The notes beneath the pieces are model-generated. The model was not told the origin of the DNA. It made no database searches and saw only the letters and a list, made by a program, of their open reading frames with translations. From Candidatus Cloacimonadales bacterium (GTDB lineage: Bacteria; Cloacimonadota; Cloacimonadia; Cloacimonadales; JAFGVF01), in NCBI GenBank assembly GCA_963667035.1, contig OY762964.1, positions 2,944,001 to 3,008,000 of the forward strand: a stretch of 64,000 nt of DNA, given 5' to 3'. Positions within the stretch are counted from its first letter, which is position 1, and each line of letters begins with the position of its first letter. A program made the position numbers and the translations under genes. This document shows, one piece after another, positions 15,869-26,648 of this stretch.

Positions 15869-18349
15869 ATGGAATACCCATTTGAAGTCATTGAGAAGAA
15901 ATGGCAGGAAAAGTGGAACGCAAAACGAATTTTTAATGCTGACGACAACTCGGCAAACCCCAAGTATTATGTCTTATCAATGTTCCCGTATCCGTCCGGT
16001 GCATTACACATGGGGCATGTTTCCAACTACTCAATTGGTGATGCGGTATCAAGATATAAATTAATGCAAGGATTCAATGTAATGCAACCTATGGGTTATG
16101 ATGCTTTCGGTATGCCTGCCGAGAATTTTGCCATTGAGCATAACTCTCACCCGAGAATAACTACCGAAAAGAACATGGACATAATGCAAAGTCAGTTCAC
16201 AGCAATGGGCTTCGGTTTCGATTGGGATAGGAAAGTTGCAACTTGTACTCCTGATTATTACAGATGGGGACAGTGGATTTTTAAACGCCTTTATGAGAAA
16301 GGGTTAGTATATAAAAAATCATCTTTTGTGAATTGGTGTGATGAGTGTCAGACTGTTTTGGCTAATGAACAGGTAGAAGACGGAGCTTGTTGGAGATGTC
16401 ATAGTGTTGTACGCCAGAAAGAGATGGAACAGTGGTATTTTAAAATCACTGAATATGCTGAGGAACTGCTTGATTTCTCTAAAGTGATAGATTGGCCGGA
16501 ACGCGTTATGACTATGCAAAAAAACTGGATAGGAAGATCAACCGGTACCGAAATTGACTTCAAGATGGAAGATAGTGACGAAATAGTAAAAGTATTTACT
16601 ACAAGACCTGACACTATCTTCGGTGTTACATTTATGGCACTTCCTCCGGAGCATGATATTATTAGAAGATTACTTCGTAAGCCTGATGCTGACTCAAAGC
16701 TTGTTGAGTTTTGTGAGAAGGTTCTTAATGAAGATAAAATTACTCGTGGAGCAGATGAAACAACAAAAGAAGGTGTTTTCACAGGACTTTATTGTATTAA
16801 TCCCGTAAACGGTGATAAAGTTCAGATATGGGTTACTAATTATGTCTTGATGGATTACGGTACAGGAGCGGTGATGGCGGTTCCTGCTCACGATCAGAGA
16901 GACTTTGATTTTGCAAAGAAGTATGATATACCGATGAAGATTGTTATCCAGAATCCGGAGAACTCTTTAATTCTTGATGAAATGAAAGAAGCATATATCG
17001 AACCCGGTATTCTAGTAAACTCCGATAAATTCAACGGAGAAGACAGCGTTGAATCTAAGAAAGCCATTTCTCTATGGATAACAGAGAATAATATGGGTAA
17101 CGAGACTGTTACTTATAGATTACGCGACTGGGGTGTTTCTCGTCAACGCTATTGGGGAAATCCAATCCCTGTAATCTATTGTGAGAAATGTGGTGAAGTA
17201 CTTGTTCCAGATGAAGACTTACCTGTTAGGCTTCCCGATAATGTACAGGTTGGAAAAACTACTAATAACCCTTTGCTTTCAGTAGAGGAATGGGTGAACT
17301 GCAGTTGCCCTAAATGTGGAGCTCCTGCAAGAAGAGAAACTGATACCATGGATACATTCGTTGATAGTTCCTGGTATTTTGCTCGTTACGTTGATCCTAA
17401 GAATGAGAACTTGCCATTTGCTGAAGAAAAAGCAAATCAATGGTTACCGGTAGACCAATATATTGGTGGCATTGAACATGCATGTATGCATTTGATTTAT
17501 GCTAGATTCTTTCATAAATTCCTAAGAGATTTGGGAATGGTCAACTGTGACGAACCTTTTGCAAGACTGTTGACTCAGGGTATGGTACTTAATCAAGGCT
17601 CTAAGATGTCAAAATCAAAGGGAAATGGTGTAGATCCTCAAGAGTACATTGATAGATACGGTTCAGATACTATAAGAGTCTTTATGCTGTTTGCATCACC
17701 ACCTGAGAAAGATGTGGAATGGAATGATGATGCTGTTGTAGGAGCATTTAGATTCCTGAACAGAGTTTGGCGTCTGGTTGAAGGAAATATTGAAACAATT
17801 AAAGCTTTCAATAAGCCTTATTCTGAAGATGTAAAAATATCTAAAGAGATTGATGAACTGAGATTCTCAACTCATACAATGATGAAGCGTTGGGCTGAAG
17901 ATATTGAGAACAGAATGCAGTTTAATACTGCTATAGCATCAATAATGGAGCATCTGAACAAAGTTTCTTCAATCAAAGATATCGATGCTTTGAGCAATGA
18001 TGAGAAAATGGTTTATGCTGAGGCCTGTATGATGATTATCAGATTGCTTTACCCATTTGCTCCTCATATTTCCGAAGAACTGTTTGTGATGACAGGAAAT
18101 GAAGGTTTTGTTCATGAAGCAGGCGTACCTGTCTTTAATCCTAAATTCCTTGTAAAAAACAATATGACCATTGTTGTTCAAATCAATGGTAAAATCAGAG
18201 GTAAAGTGGATGTCTCTTCTGATTCAGATGATGAGGTGATAAAAGAAGCTGCTCTTGCAATCCCGAAAGTACAGCAACAAATTGAAGGAAAAGAGATAAA
18301 GAAGATTATTGTTGTTAATAAGAAGATTGTGAGTATTGTTATTGAATAG
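15869..18349 (+). CDS. leuS: Leucine--tRNA ligase
   Basis: MFPYPSGALHMGH, CP1 editing domain (FTTRPDT, GTGAVMAVPAHDQRD), KMSKS; start after GGAGG RBS. Confidence 0.98.
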   Translation: MEYPFEVIEKKWQEKWNAKRIFNADDNSANPKYYVLSMFPYPSGALHMGHVSNYSIGDAVSRYKLMQGFNVMQPMGYDAFGMPAENFAIEHNSHPRITTEKNMDIMQSQFTAMGFGFDWDRKVATCTPDYYRWGQWIFKRLYEKGLVYKKSSFVNWCDECQTVLANEQVEDGACWRCHSVVRQKEMEQWYFKITEYAEELLDFSKVIDWPERVMTMQKNWIGRSTGTEIDFKMEDSDEIVKVFTTRPDTIFGVTFMALPPEHDIIRRLLRKPDADSKLVEFCEKVLNEDKITRGADETTKEGVFTGLYCINPVNGDKVQIWVTNYVLMDYGTGAVMAVPAHDQRDFDFAKKYDIPMKIVIQNPENSLILDEMKEAYIEPGILVNSDKFNGEDSVESKKAISLWITENNMGNETVTYRLRDWGVSRQRYWGNPIPVIYCEKCGEVLVPDEDLPVRLPDNVQVGKTTNNPLLSVEEWVNCSCPKCGAPARRETDTMDTFVDSSWYFARYVDPKNENLPFAEEKANQWLPVDQYIGGIEHACMHLIYARFFHKFLRDLGMVNCDEPFARLLTQGMVLNQGSKMSKSKGNGVDPQEYIDRYGSDTIRVFMLFASPPEKDVEWNDDAVVGAFRFLNRVWRLVEGNIETIKAFNKPYSEDVKISKEIDELRFSTHTMMKRWAEDIENRMQFNTAIASIMEHLNKVSSIKDIDALSNDEKMVYAEACMMIIRLLYPFAPHISEELFVMTGNEGFVHEAGVPVFNPKFLVKNNMTIVVQINGKIRGKVDVSSDSDDEVIKEAALAIPKVQQQIEGKEIKKIIVVNKKIVSIVIE

Positions 18350-18369
18350 GAAAGAAATGATATAGAATG

Positions 18370-18398
18370 AAGCCTGTTGAGAAATCAATAGGCTTTTA
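18370..18398 (+). terminator. Intrinsic terminator after leuS
   Basis: aagcctgttga-gaaa-tcaataggctttt hairpin. Confidence 0.7.
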
Positions 18399-18510
18399 TT
18401 ATAGAATTAAAACACAATCAAATCAAGTGGGTTGATTTAAGCTTAAGTTTTTTTCTTGCCAGTATTGATACTGTTTTAGTAAAATTGGCTGTTATGAAGG
18501 ATAGGATGAT

Positions 18511-19620
18511 ATGAAAAACACGTTTATGAATAGAATCATCAGGCTATTTGCAATAATAATAGTTCTGATATTTGTTTCATCTACTCTTCTTTACTTACTG
18601 GAGAGAAATCATCCGGGCACTATGATACATAGTTTTTCTGATGCACTCTGGTGGGGTATAGTAACCGTTACAACGATAGGTTACGGGGATATTGTACCTC
18701 TTACTCCCGGAGGAAGGATTATCGGTACAATCCTGATAGTATTCGGTTTTTGTAGTTTAACGATATTTACAGCAATTTTAGCCTCAGTGTTTGTGGAAGA
18801 TAAATTGAAAGGAGCTAAGGGTTTGAAAAAGATAAAGCTATCCGGTCATTTCGTTATATGCGGATTAAATGATTCTACTGAGTTCATGCTTAAAGCCTTT
18901 CAGGAAAAGCGGGGATTCAACAAGAATATTGTATTAGTCGGGAACTATTCAGTTGAGAAATTCGAGAGTATTCAAAGTAAATTCACAAAATTGAACTTAC
19001 AATTTGTTCGAGGTGAACAAACACAGGTTGAAATACTTAATCGGGCGAGTATTAGTTCTGCAGAAAGGGTATTTATAGTAAGTGATGAACAAAATTCTCG
19101 TGAAATGGCAGACGATTACACAATTGTGGTTGTTAATACCGTCAAGTATATCAATCCGGATATAAAACTGACTGTTCAACTAATCAATGCTTCTAAAAAG
19201 CATTTACTTAAACGTTCAGGAGTTGATGAGATACTTGTTTATGATGAACTAAGCGGATATATCTTAGCAAATAATCCTGAGAGTGATTGCTCTGTTTCAA
19301 TTGTTGAGAAATTGCTGAAAGAGAATGACCATAGAATGGAATTACTAGATGTTCCCGAACATCTTGTAGGTAAATCTTTCGGAGATTTACATTCCTTTCT
19401 CTGGGGCGAGTTGAATGTAATTGCAATTGGTTTAATTGACTATCAAAAGAACTTAAAGTTGAACGATATCTTTTCCGATGATAGTTCAGCAATTGATGAG
19501 TATATTAAAGCAACTCTGGCTAAAGCTAAATCAGTGAATACTGATAGAAACGATTTAATAACAATTCATCCGGATAAAGATTTTAAGATTAAATCGAACC
19601 ATAAAGTGCTTATACTATAA
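18511..19620 (+). CDS. Potassium channel (2-TM pore) with RCK/TrkA-N domain
   Basis: WWGIVTVTTIGYGD selectivity filter; HFVICG Rossmann start of the RCK domain. Confidence 0.92.
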   Translation: MKNTFMNRIIRLFAIIIVLIFVSSTLLYLLERNHPGTMIHSFSDALWWGIVTVTTIGYGDIVPLTPGGRIIGTILIVFGFCSLTIFTAILASVFVEDKLKGAKGLKKIKLSGHFVICGLNDSTEFMLKAFQEKRGFNKNIVLVGNYSVEKFESIQSKFTKLNLQFVRGEQTQVEILNRASISSAERVFIVSDEQNSREMADDYTIVVVNTVKYINPDIKLTVQLINASKKHLLKRSGVDEILVYDELSGYILANNPESDCSVSIVEKLLKENDHRMELLDVPEHLVGKSFGDLHSFLWGELNVIAIGLIDYQKNLKLNDIFSDDSSAIDEYIKATLAKAKSVNTDRNDLITIHPDKDFKIKSNHKVLIL

Positions 19621-19623
19621 GGA

Positions 19624-20130
19624 GTGATTATGAACCCTGATTTTTCCAAGACAAGGATATTTCAAGGATTGACAGAAGAAGAAATAAAGATAGTCGAAAG
19701 CTATCTCGTTCAGATGCATTATCCTAAAGGTAAGCAAATTATTGAGGAAAATAGCGAAGGTTCGAGATTGTATATTTTAGCCTCAGGAAAAGTGTATGTA
19801 ACAAAAAACCTTGTAATGGATATATTGGATAGTCATGATGCAGAAGAAAAAAGGCTGGCAACTCTTACAGGGGACTGCCTTCCTAGTTTTGGAGAGAATG
19901 GATTAATTACAAAAGGTTTAAGAACAGCTAATGTAATAGCAGGTGAGGATTGTACTGTTTATGAGCTATCCGGAGAAGATTTTGAAGAACTTGTCAGTCA
20001 AGATGTTACAATTGGTTATAAAGTTGTAAAAAACATAGCTGATATTGTTTGTGGTAGACTTGAACAAACAGATAAGAGTGTAGTTAAGCTCGCAACTGCA
20101 TTGTACTTATCTGTAGGAGATAGAAAATAG
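19624..20130 (+). CDS. Stand-alone cyclic nucleotide-binding domain protein
   Basis: IFQGL, IIEENSEGSRLYILASGKV, FGENGL...RTANVIA cNMP cassette; no HTH. Confidence 0.88.
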   Translation: MIMNPDFSKTRIFQGLTEEEIKIVESYLVQMHYPKGKQIIEENSEGSRLYILASGKVYVTKNLVMDILDSHDAEEKRLATLTGDCLPSFGENGLITKGLRTANVIAGEDCTVYELSGEDFEELVSQDVTIGYKVVKNIADIVCGRLEQTDKSVVKLATALYLSVGDRK

Positions 20131-20247
20131 AGATTAATAAACGATTGTTGATGAAACGTGTATTTATTCAGACGTTGCGTAAAGTCTTTGACAAATAGGG
20201 CGTTGTCTGAAAATATGCTAAAAATGAAATAGACTGGAGCTTTTTTA

Positions 20248-21336
20248 ATGGAAGTTAATATATATCATTACTTTCTCTTATTTGGAATGTCGTTAATATT
20301 TGTGTATGCTTTAACACCCTTTATTAAGAATTTTGCTTTAAAAATAAACTTTGTTGATCAACCCAATGCTAGAAAAGTACATAAGAAAGCCACTCCTCTC
20401 TTGGGTGGGGCTGCTGTTTTTATTGGTTTTCTGATAATGGTAATTTTTGAGAGCATAATCAACTATCATGTTATATTAGATAGAAATCTTATTGGTTTTT
20501 TAAGCGGTGCTTTGATTATTTTTGTTATTGGCGTTATTGATGATAAAAGGGGAATGAAACCACAGATAAAGTTACTGGGACAGATAGCTTGCAGTTTTGT
20601 ATTCATTTTTACTAATTATCAAAAATCAGAATTAATAACAATGTTTGGCTCAGAATTCATAACAATCCCAATTCTATTAATATGGATGGTTGGATTAATG
20701 AATGCCTTTAACTTTTTGGATAATATGGATGGAATTATAACCGGAATGGCAGGAATTATAGGATTGGGTTTTTTCGGTTTTACTATCATCAACAGCGGGG
20801 CTCAAAATGAAGTTATGAGATTTATGGGACTAGTCTCTTTGACTTTTTCCGGTGCTTTATTTGGATTCTTACCGTATAACTTTAATCCCGCTAAAATGTT
20901 TCTGGGTGATGCAGGGAGCATGTTTATAGGCTACTTCCTTTCTTCCATGGGAATACAGATGGCTCAATTTGCCAGTAATACCGCTCAGAATAAGTTCTAT
21001 TTCCTATTACCTGTTCTTATGCTGAGTTATTCAATATTTGATATAAGTCTTGTTAGTTTCACAAGGAAAAGAGATGGTCGGCACGTTATGCAAGGGGGAA
21101 AAGATCATTCAACTCATAGGATGCATACAATACTGGGATCAGCTAAAATCACTGCTATTTTTATATATATAATCAATATTCTAATCATTATAACTTCAAT
21201 GATAGTGTTTAAGATAAGGTCATTGCCATTAATGATTGTGTCTACTATAATTTTCTCAGTTGCCTTTATAATCTTTGGTTCTAAGTTGGATCAAGTACCA
21301 ATTGTTGTGCCTGAAAACCAGAAAAAGAAAAAGTAA
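20248..21336 (+). CDS. MraY/WecA-family (GT4) undecaprenyl-phosphate sugar-phosphate transferase
   Basis: DQPNARKVH..TPLLGG, GVIDD, NAFNFLDNMDG, FLGDAGS, DHSTHR. Confidence 0.92.
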   Translation: MEVNIYHYFLLFGMSLIFVYALTPFIKNFALKINFVDQPNARKVHKKATPLLGGAAVFIGFLIMVIFESIINYHVILDRNLIGFLSGALIIFVIGVIDDKRGMKPQIKLLGQIACSFVFIFTNYQKSELITMFGSEFITIPILLIWMVGLMNAFNFLDNMDGIITGMAGIIGLGFFGFTIINSGAQNEVMRFMGLVSLTFSGALFGFLPYNFNPAKMFLGDAGSMFIGYFLSSMGIQMAQFASNTAQNKFYFLLPVLMLSYSIFDISLVSFTRKRDGRHVMQGGKDHSTHRMHTILGSAKITAIFIYIINILIIITSMIVFKIRSLPLMIVSTIIFSVAFIIFGSKLDQVPIVVPENQKKKK

Positions 21337-21337
21337 A

Positions 21338-22075
21338 ATGCAGTTTACAATATTGGGCACAGGTTCAGGATTACCTGTACTAGGTAAGGGGCAAGCGGCT
21401 ATTCTGACAGAAGTGAAAGACAAACAAATTCTTTTTGATTGTGGCGAAGGAACTACTTATAAGCTACTTGAACTTGAGATGCAGCCCAATGATTTAGACG
21501 TAATTGTGATTAGTCACATGCATCCTGATCATGCGAGCGGTTTACCAATGTTGATACAAATGTTATACCTACAAGGTAGAACAAAAACACTTACTCTATA
21601 TGTTCCGGAGGATAGAAAGCGTACAATGCGTCTGCTAAATGATTTCTATCTTTTTGAAGATAAATTTGACTTCAATTTGATTATATCTGATATCCAAGAA
21701 TTAAGAAAATCTTCTCTTGGAGTTAAACCTATACTAAATGCACATTTGGAAGGTTACAAAGATATTGTAAGGAAGTATAAATTAGATAACGAGTTGAAAT
21801 CATATTCATTTGTTATAAACGATAAAGATAATGTAATGGTTTACACTTCTGATATTCAAGATTTAGATCATTTAAAAGAAGAATTGGAAAAGGTAGATTG
21901 TATAATTGTTGATGCGATTCATGTATCTTTAAGTAAAATCGAGATGTTATTTAACTTGGGAATAAAAAGAATTATTTTAAATCATGGTATTTCTGATGAA
22001 ATACAATCATTTATAAACGAGAGCAAGATAAACGGGGTTGAAATTGCAGAAGAAGGCAAAGTTATTACTTGTTAG
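21338..22075 (+). CDS. MBL-fold metallo-hydrolase (RNase Z-like)
   Basis: ILGTGSG, FDCGEG, HxHxDH (SHMHPDH), YTSD; start reassigned to MQFTILG. Confidence 0.85.
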   Translation: MQFTILGTGSGLPVLGKGQAAILTEVKDKQILFDCGEGTTYKLLELEMQPNDLDVIVISHMHPDHASGLPMLIQMLYLQGRTKTLTLYVPEDRKRTMRLLNDFYLFEDKFDFNLIISDIQELRKSSLGVKPILNAHLEGYKDIVRKYKLDNELKSYSFVINDKDNVMVYTSDIQDLDHLKEELEKVDCIIVDAIHVSLSKIEMLFNLGIKRIILNHGISDEIQSFINESKINGVEIAEEGKVITC

Positions 22076-23459
22076 TAGTGGTCTACTACTCATGTTTACA
22101 GTTGGATGCGAACGTAACCGACTGGCAAATGCAGAATCAATATACAATAAAGAGAAATATATATCTGCAATCATTGCTTATGACAACTTCCTAGGATATG
22201 CTACTAATGGAGCTTACAGGACTGAAGCGGAAATGTTTCGTTCTGAGAGCTATTTAGAGCTTGCAAAACTAGCATTTGAAAAAGAGAACTATTTCTTAGC
22301 AGAGAGACTGGCAATTCTTGCTAATTCTGAAAAAGCAGATCTACTACTTGCTGAAGCTTATTACAAGCAAGCTGAAGAAAAGTTTGAAGAAAATGATATT
22401 GATGGAGGTTGGGAGTATCTTAAAAGGATTGTAAATGTAATTCCCACTTCCAAGTATGTCCCCGAGATACTTTTTAGAAGAGTTCAATATGATATTGATA
22501 TGACTCAATCTTACAAGAAAGCTTTACCAAACTACAAAGAGTTGTATGATAACTTTCCTGATTCTGAGTATGAGATTGAAGCAAGAAACTTGTTTGGTAG
22601 ATTTGTGACTAATATTATTAAAGATTCATATTCTTTAAGAGATAGTATTGATGCGGATAGAGGATTAGAGTTCCTGTTTGAAATCGAAAAGTACCCGATT
22701 GGTAAAGATAGAGCGATTTATCTAACTATATCACATCTTTATGAAGAGAAAGCTGATTTAAATATTAGATTTGAGAAGTATCATAAAGCAAGAGAAGAAT
22801 TCCAGCTAGCTATGGAGTATGCTCCAGAAGAGAGTGAACGAATTCATGAGAAAATGGTCAGTTATGCGGAAGACTTTATAAGTCGAGGTAATGATATGAT
22901 AAACTATAGGAGATACGAGAATGCTATTACATTATGTCAAATGGCATTCCTGATTATCCCTGCTTATGAACCGGCTCAATTAAAAATCAAAGAGATTGAG
23001 GAAACAATTGATGCGGTAAAACATGCTTCATATCTTATTGAACAAGGCTTGTCTTATGAGAATTCCAGAGAATACTCTAAAGCTATTCCTTTATACGAAG
23101 AAGCATATAACTTGGATCCATTACCTGAATATAAGGAACGGATAATTGTTGCTAAGAATTTAAAAAAGGCTGAAGATAATCCTATTGAATTTGTTTCTAA
23201 CATACTTAAGAACTATAAAAATGGAATCATGGATAAGAAAATACAAGAAAAGTTGTTGTATCTGAAAACACAGTATGAGGATGAAGATATAACAAGTAGT
23301 GACTGGAAAATTATGAGATCCACTGGAAGATATAAATTTGAAGTACGATATGATATATTTACTCCTGGGAGAGATTATTTCTATGTATGGCAGGTTAATG
23401 TTAAAGACAAAGCTATTCTTCCTCTTAACAAAATATCAGAAGAGCTGATGAAGGAGTAG
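22038..23459 (+). CDS. TPR-repeat lipoprotein
   Basis: Lipobox-like TVGC, helical TPR-like segments (YKELYDNFPDSEY, AIPLYEEAYNLDP). Confidence 0.7.
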   Translation: MKLQKKAKLLLVSSGLLLMFTVGCERNRLANAESIYNKEKYISAIIAYDNFLGYATNGAYRTEAEMFRSESYLELAKLAFEKENYFLAERLAILANSEKADLLLAEAYYKQAEEKFEENDIDGGWEYLKRIVNVIPTSKYVPEILFRRVQYDIDMTQSYKKALPNYKELYDNFPDSEYEIEARNLFGRFVTNIIKDSYSLRDSIDADRGLEFLFEIEKYPIGKDRAIYLTISHLYEEKADLNIRFEKYHKAREEFQLAMEYAPEESERIHEKMVSYAEDFISRGNDMINYRRYENAITLCQMAFLIIPAYEPAQLKIKEIEETIDAVKHASYLIEQGLSYENSREYSKAIPLYEEAYNLDPLPEYKERIIVAKNLKKAEDNPIEFVSNILKNYKNGIMDKKIQEKLLYLKTQYEDEDITSSDWKIMRSTGRYKFEVRYDIFTPGRDYFYVWQVNVKDKAILPLNKISEELMKE

Positions 23460-23462
23460 GAT

Positions 23463-24044
23463 GTGAAGAGAATTACTTTATCGCTCATTATTACAATTAT
23501 GCTGAACCTTGTTTTGGCAGCTGAATTTGATATTAAAGAGTTTACTAATCCATATAAATATGATTGGGATACATATGAAAAACGAATCAGCTACCGAATA
23601 GAAAGAGAAGAAAGGCAAGAGCTATTGCAGATTTACAACATGAGAAAACAGTCTATTGCATCTAATCTTGTTAAATCTGCTATTATTCCCGGATGGGGAC
23701 AGATTTCCTCTCATAGCGATATTAGGGGACAGTTAATTTTGGGTGTGGAGATAGTTGCTTTGGGAGGATGTGTCTTTTTGTATACTCGTGCTATGGATAA
23801 ATATGATAAGTATAAAGACGCTACCCAGATAAATGAAATTGATAGGCTATACGATGAAGCACTAGAACCTTATACTTTATCTATGGCCCTTTTAGGATTA
23901 TATTCGCTTATTTGGGGATATAATCTATATGATTCTGCTCAAGCAACTGAGGGGTATAATGCCCAACTTTGGAATACACTTCTGGAAGAAAAGGCTTCGA
24001 GAAGAATACTTCTTACTCCAACCGGAATTCAATTGAGGTTTTGA
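23463..24044 (+). CDS. Exported/membrane protein, DUF5683-like
   Basis: Signal peptide, SAIIPGWGQ motif, C-terminal QLRF. Confidence 0.6.
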   Translation: MKRITLSLIITIMLNLVLAAEFDIKEFTNPYKYDWDTYEKRISYRIEREERQELLQIYNMRKQSIASNLVKSAIIPGWGQISSHSDIRGQLILGVEIVALGGCVFLYTRAMDKYDKYKDATQINEIDRLYDEALEPYTLSMALLGLYSLIWGYNLYDSAQATEGYNAQLWNTLLEEKASRRILLTPTGIQLRF

Positions 24045-24046
24045 TA

Positions 24047-24466
24047 ATGAAAATGTTTATATTTATACTTATATTGGGATTGTTAATTACTTCTTGTGCC
24101 CTCAAAGAGGATAATCCTCTTCATCATAAAAAAGCTCCTTCACTTATTAATTCAGGTAATTGGTCGGTAACACAAAGAAGTGGAGTTCTTCTTGTTAGCT
24201 GGAATCCATTGGATATTGAAGGCTGTGACGGATATTACATTTATAGGAGTCTTTCGCATTCTGGTCAATATATCAGATTGGTTGATAATCCTGAAAATGA
24301 GAGTGGTCCGGGTATCCCCAATAGTCCTGTCGAGGAATTGGAGTTTGAAGATCATGATATCATTAGTGGAATATACTACTATTATAAGATATCCGGTTAC
24401 AAGAAATACAATGAGGGAGTTTTGGAAGGTCAAATTAGTGAACCTAAGTCCGGTAAAATGAATTAA
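24047..24466 (+). CDS. Lipoprotein with a fibronectin type III-like domain
   Basis: LITSC lipobox; VSWNP..GYYIYRS..YYYKISG pattern. Confidence 0.7.
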   Translation: MKMFIFILILGLLITSCALKEDNPLHHKKAPSLINSGNWSVTQRSGVLLVSWNPLDIEGCDGYYIYRSLSHSGQYIRLVDNPENESGPGIPNSPVEELEFEDHDIISGIYYYYKISGYKKYNEGVLEGQISEPKSGKMN

Positions 24467-26637
24467 TGCATCCAATCTTACATAATCTCAATCCCGAACA
24501 GCAAGAAGTTGTTACTACAATAGAGGGTCCTTTATTAGTTTTAGCCGGAGCTGGTAGCGGGAAGACAAGGTCTGTTATCCATAGAGCAGCCTATCTGATT
24601 CTAGAAAAGAATATTGCTCCATGGAATATTCTTATTGTTACTTTTACCAATAAAGCTGCTCATGAGTTGCAAGAACGTTTGGAAGGTCTTGTTCATATAA
24701 ACACAAGAAATCTTTGGGTAGGAACCTTTCATTCTGTCTGTCTGAGAATTTTAAGAAGAGAGTCTTCATACTTACCATTTTCAACAAAGAACTTTAGTAT
24801 TTATGATTCTGATGACCAAAAAGCATTGCTAAAAAAGTTATACAAAACGCTACAGGTAGATCCCAAGCTATTCAATGTAGGTAAAATCTTAAATCTAATT
24901 TCGAAGCAGAAGAATAATCTTATGTTGCCACAAGATCTTGATGTTGACGAAAGTAATCCTTTTGCCAGAATATTTAAGAATGTTTATTCCGAGTACCAGA
25001 AGCATTTAGTAACTAATGCAGCTGTTGATTTTGATGATATTCTTATATATACTTATACAATTTTAAAAGAAAACAAAGATCTGAGAGATAAGTATAGCAA
25101 AATGTTCCCTTACGTAATGGTGGATGAATATCAGGATACAAACTACTTACAGTTTATGCTGATAAAAATGCTTGCTTCAAAGAACAATAATCTATGTGTA
25201 GTTGGGGATGATGATCAGGCAATTTATAGTTGGCGCGGAGCAACTATAAGGAATATTCTAGGATTTGAGAATGATTTTAAGAAAGCCAAGATAATTAGGC
25301 TTGAGCAGAATTATAGATCTACTCAGGCGATACTTAATGTTGGTAATGCTTTAATATCAAAAAACAGTTCAAGACATCATAAAGAGCTTAGAACGGATAA
25401 TAAATGTGATAAGAAACCTTTCTATAAAGTTTTAGATAGAGATATTGATGAAGCTAGATATGTTGCAGACAGCATAATAAAAAAAGCAAAGGATGTATAT
25501 AATTCTTGGCAAAGCTTTGCTGTCTTATATAGAACAAATTCTCAATCACGCCTGTTTGAAACAATTTTTATGGAAAGAGGAATCCCTTACAGTTTGGTTG
25601 GTACAGTAAATTTCTATCAGAGGAAAGAGATAAAGGATATTTTAGCTTACTTGAGAGTTATGGTTAATCCATTTGATACAGAAAGTTGTCTAAGGATTAT
25701 CAATACGCCTGCTAGAGGAATTGGAGACAAGAGTATAAGTAAATTAATCGAATACGCTGCTAGTGAGCATTTATCGTTATACGATAGTATCATAAGACTT
25801 GATGAAAACTCTCAATTAAGCATTTCTATTAAGAAAAAGCTTTTCCCTTTTAGAGACCTCCTTCTTGATTGGATAAAACAAAAAGAAGATAAAGACTTAA
25901 AAACATTTATCAGAAATGTAATTTCGGACCTAGATTTCATCAATAAATACAAGGCTAGCGATGACCCCAAAGAATTATCGCGAGTAGAAAATATTAAAGA
26001 ATTTCTTAATTCTGTTGACGAATACTGTGAAAGATACAAAAATGAAACTGGTGAAGATGCTGTTTTAGAAGACTTTATACAAAATATAAGTCTTCAGACT
26101 AATGTTGATAGAATGGCAGATAAAAATAACTCAGTCAAACTAATGACATTGCATAATGCCAAAGGACTCGAGTTTGACGTGGTTTATATTGTCGGAATTG
26201 AGGAAGATTTGCTTCCACATACTATGTCTTCCGTAAGTAAGAATGAGCTAGAGGAAGAACGTAGACTTTTCTATGTCGGAATAACGAGAGCAAGAGCAGA
26301 GTTAATACTGACAAGATGTGAGTTAAGACGTTCTTATGGTTCATTAAAGGCAAGTTTGGAAAGCAGATTTATGGATGATATACCGGAAAATTTAATCGAG
26401 AAAGAGAATTCTTTTTCATACCCGATCATCTCAAAGAAAAGAAGGAGTACGCAACCGAAAATTGTTCTGGAAAGTGAAAAGCTATTTAAGGTTGGCCAAA
26501 GAGTCCGTCATGAGGAGTATGGCGAAGGTGTAATCTTGAGTGTTGACGGTAAAGATATTTCAGCTATATTAACTATATCTTTTGATGCCGGAGACTTGAA
26601 GAAGATTAAAGGTTCCTACATTGAAATAAAACTTTGA
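24466..26637 (+). CDS. uvrD: UvrD/PcrA ATP-dependent DNA helicase
   Basis: AGAGSGKT, TFTNKAA, VDEYQDTN, LEQNYRS, TLHNAKGLEF, EEERRLFYVGITRA. Confidence 0.96.
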   Translation: MHPILHNLNPEQQEVVTTIEGPLLVLAGAGSGKTRSVIHRAAYLILEKNIAPWNILIVTFTNKAAHELQERLEGLVHINTRNLWVGTFHSVCLRILRRESSYLPFSTKNFSIYDSDDQKALLKKLYKTLQVDPKLFNVGKILNLISKQKNNLMLPQDLDVDESNPFARIFKNVYSEYQKHLVTNAAVDFDDILIYTYTILKENKDLRDKYSKMFPYVMVDEYQDTNYLQFMLIKMLASKNNNLCVVGDDDQAIYSWRGATIRNILGFENDFKKAKIIRLEQNYRSTQAILNVGNALISKNSSRHHKELRTDNKCDKKPFYKVLDRDIDEARYVADSIIKKAKDVYNSWQSFAVLYRTNSQSRLFETIFMERGIPYSLVGTVNFYQRKEIKDILAYLRVMVNPFDTESCLRIINTPARGIGDKSISKLIEYAASEHLSLYDSIIRLDENSQLSISIKKKLFPFRDLLLDWIKQKEDKDLKTFIRNVISDLDFINKYKASDDPKELSRVENIKEFLNSVDEYCERYKNETGEDAVLEDFIQNISLQTNVDRMADKNNSVKLMTLHNAKGLEFDVVYIVGIEEDLLPHTMSSVSKNELEEERRLFYVGITRARAELILTRCELRRSYGSLKASLESRFMDDIPENLIEKENSFSYPIISKKRRSTQPKIVLESEKLFKVGQRVRHEEYGEGVILSVDGKDISAILTISFDAGDLKKIKGSYIEIKL

Positions 26638-26648
26638 GAGAGAAGATT

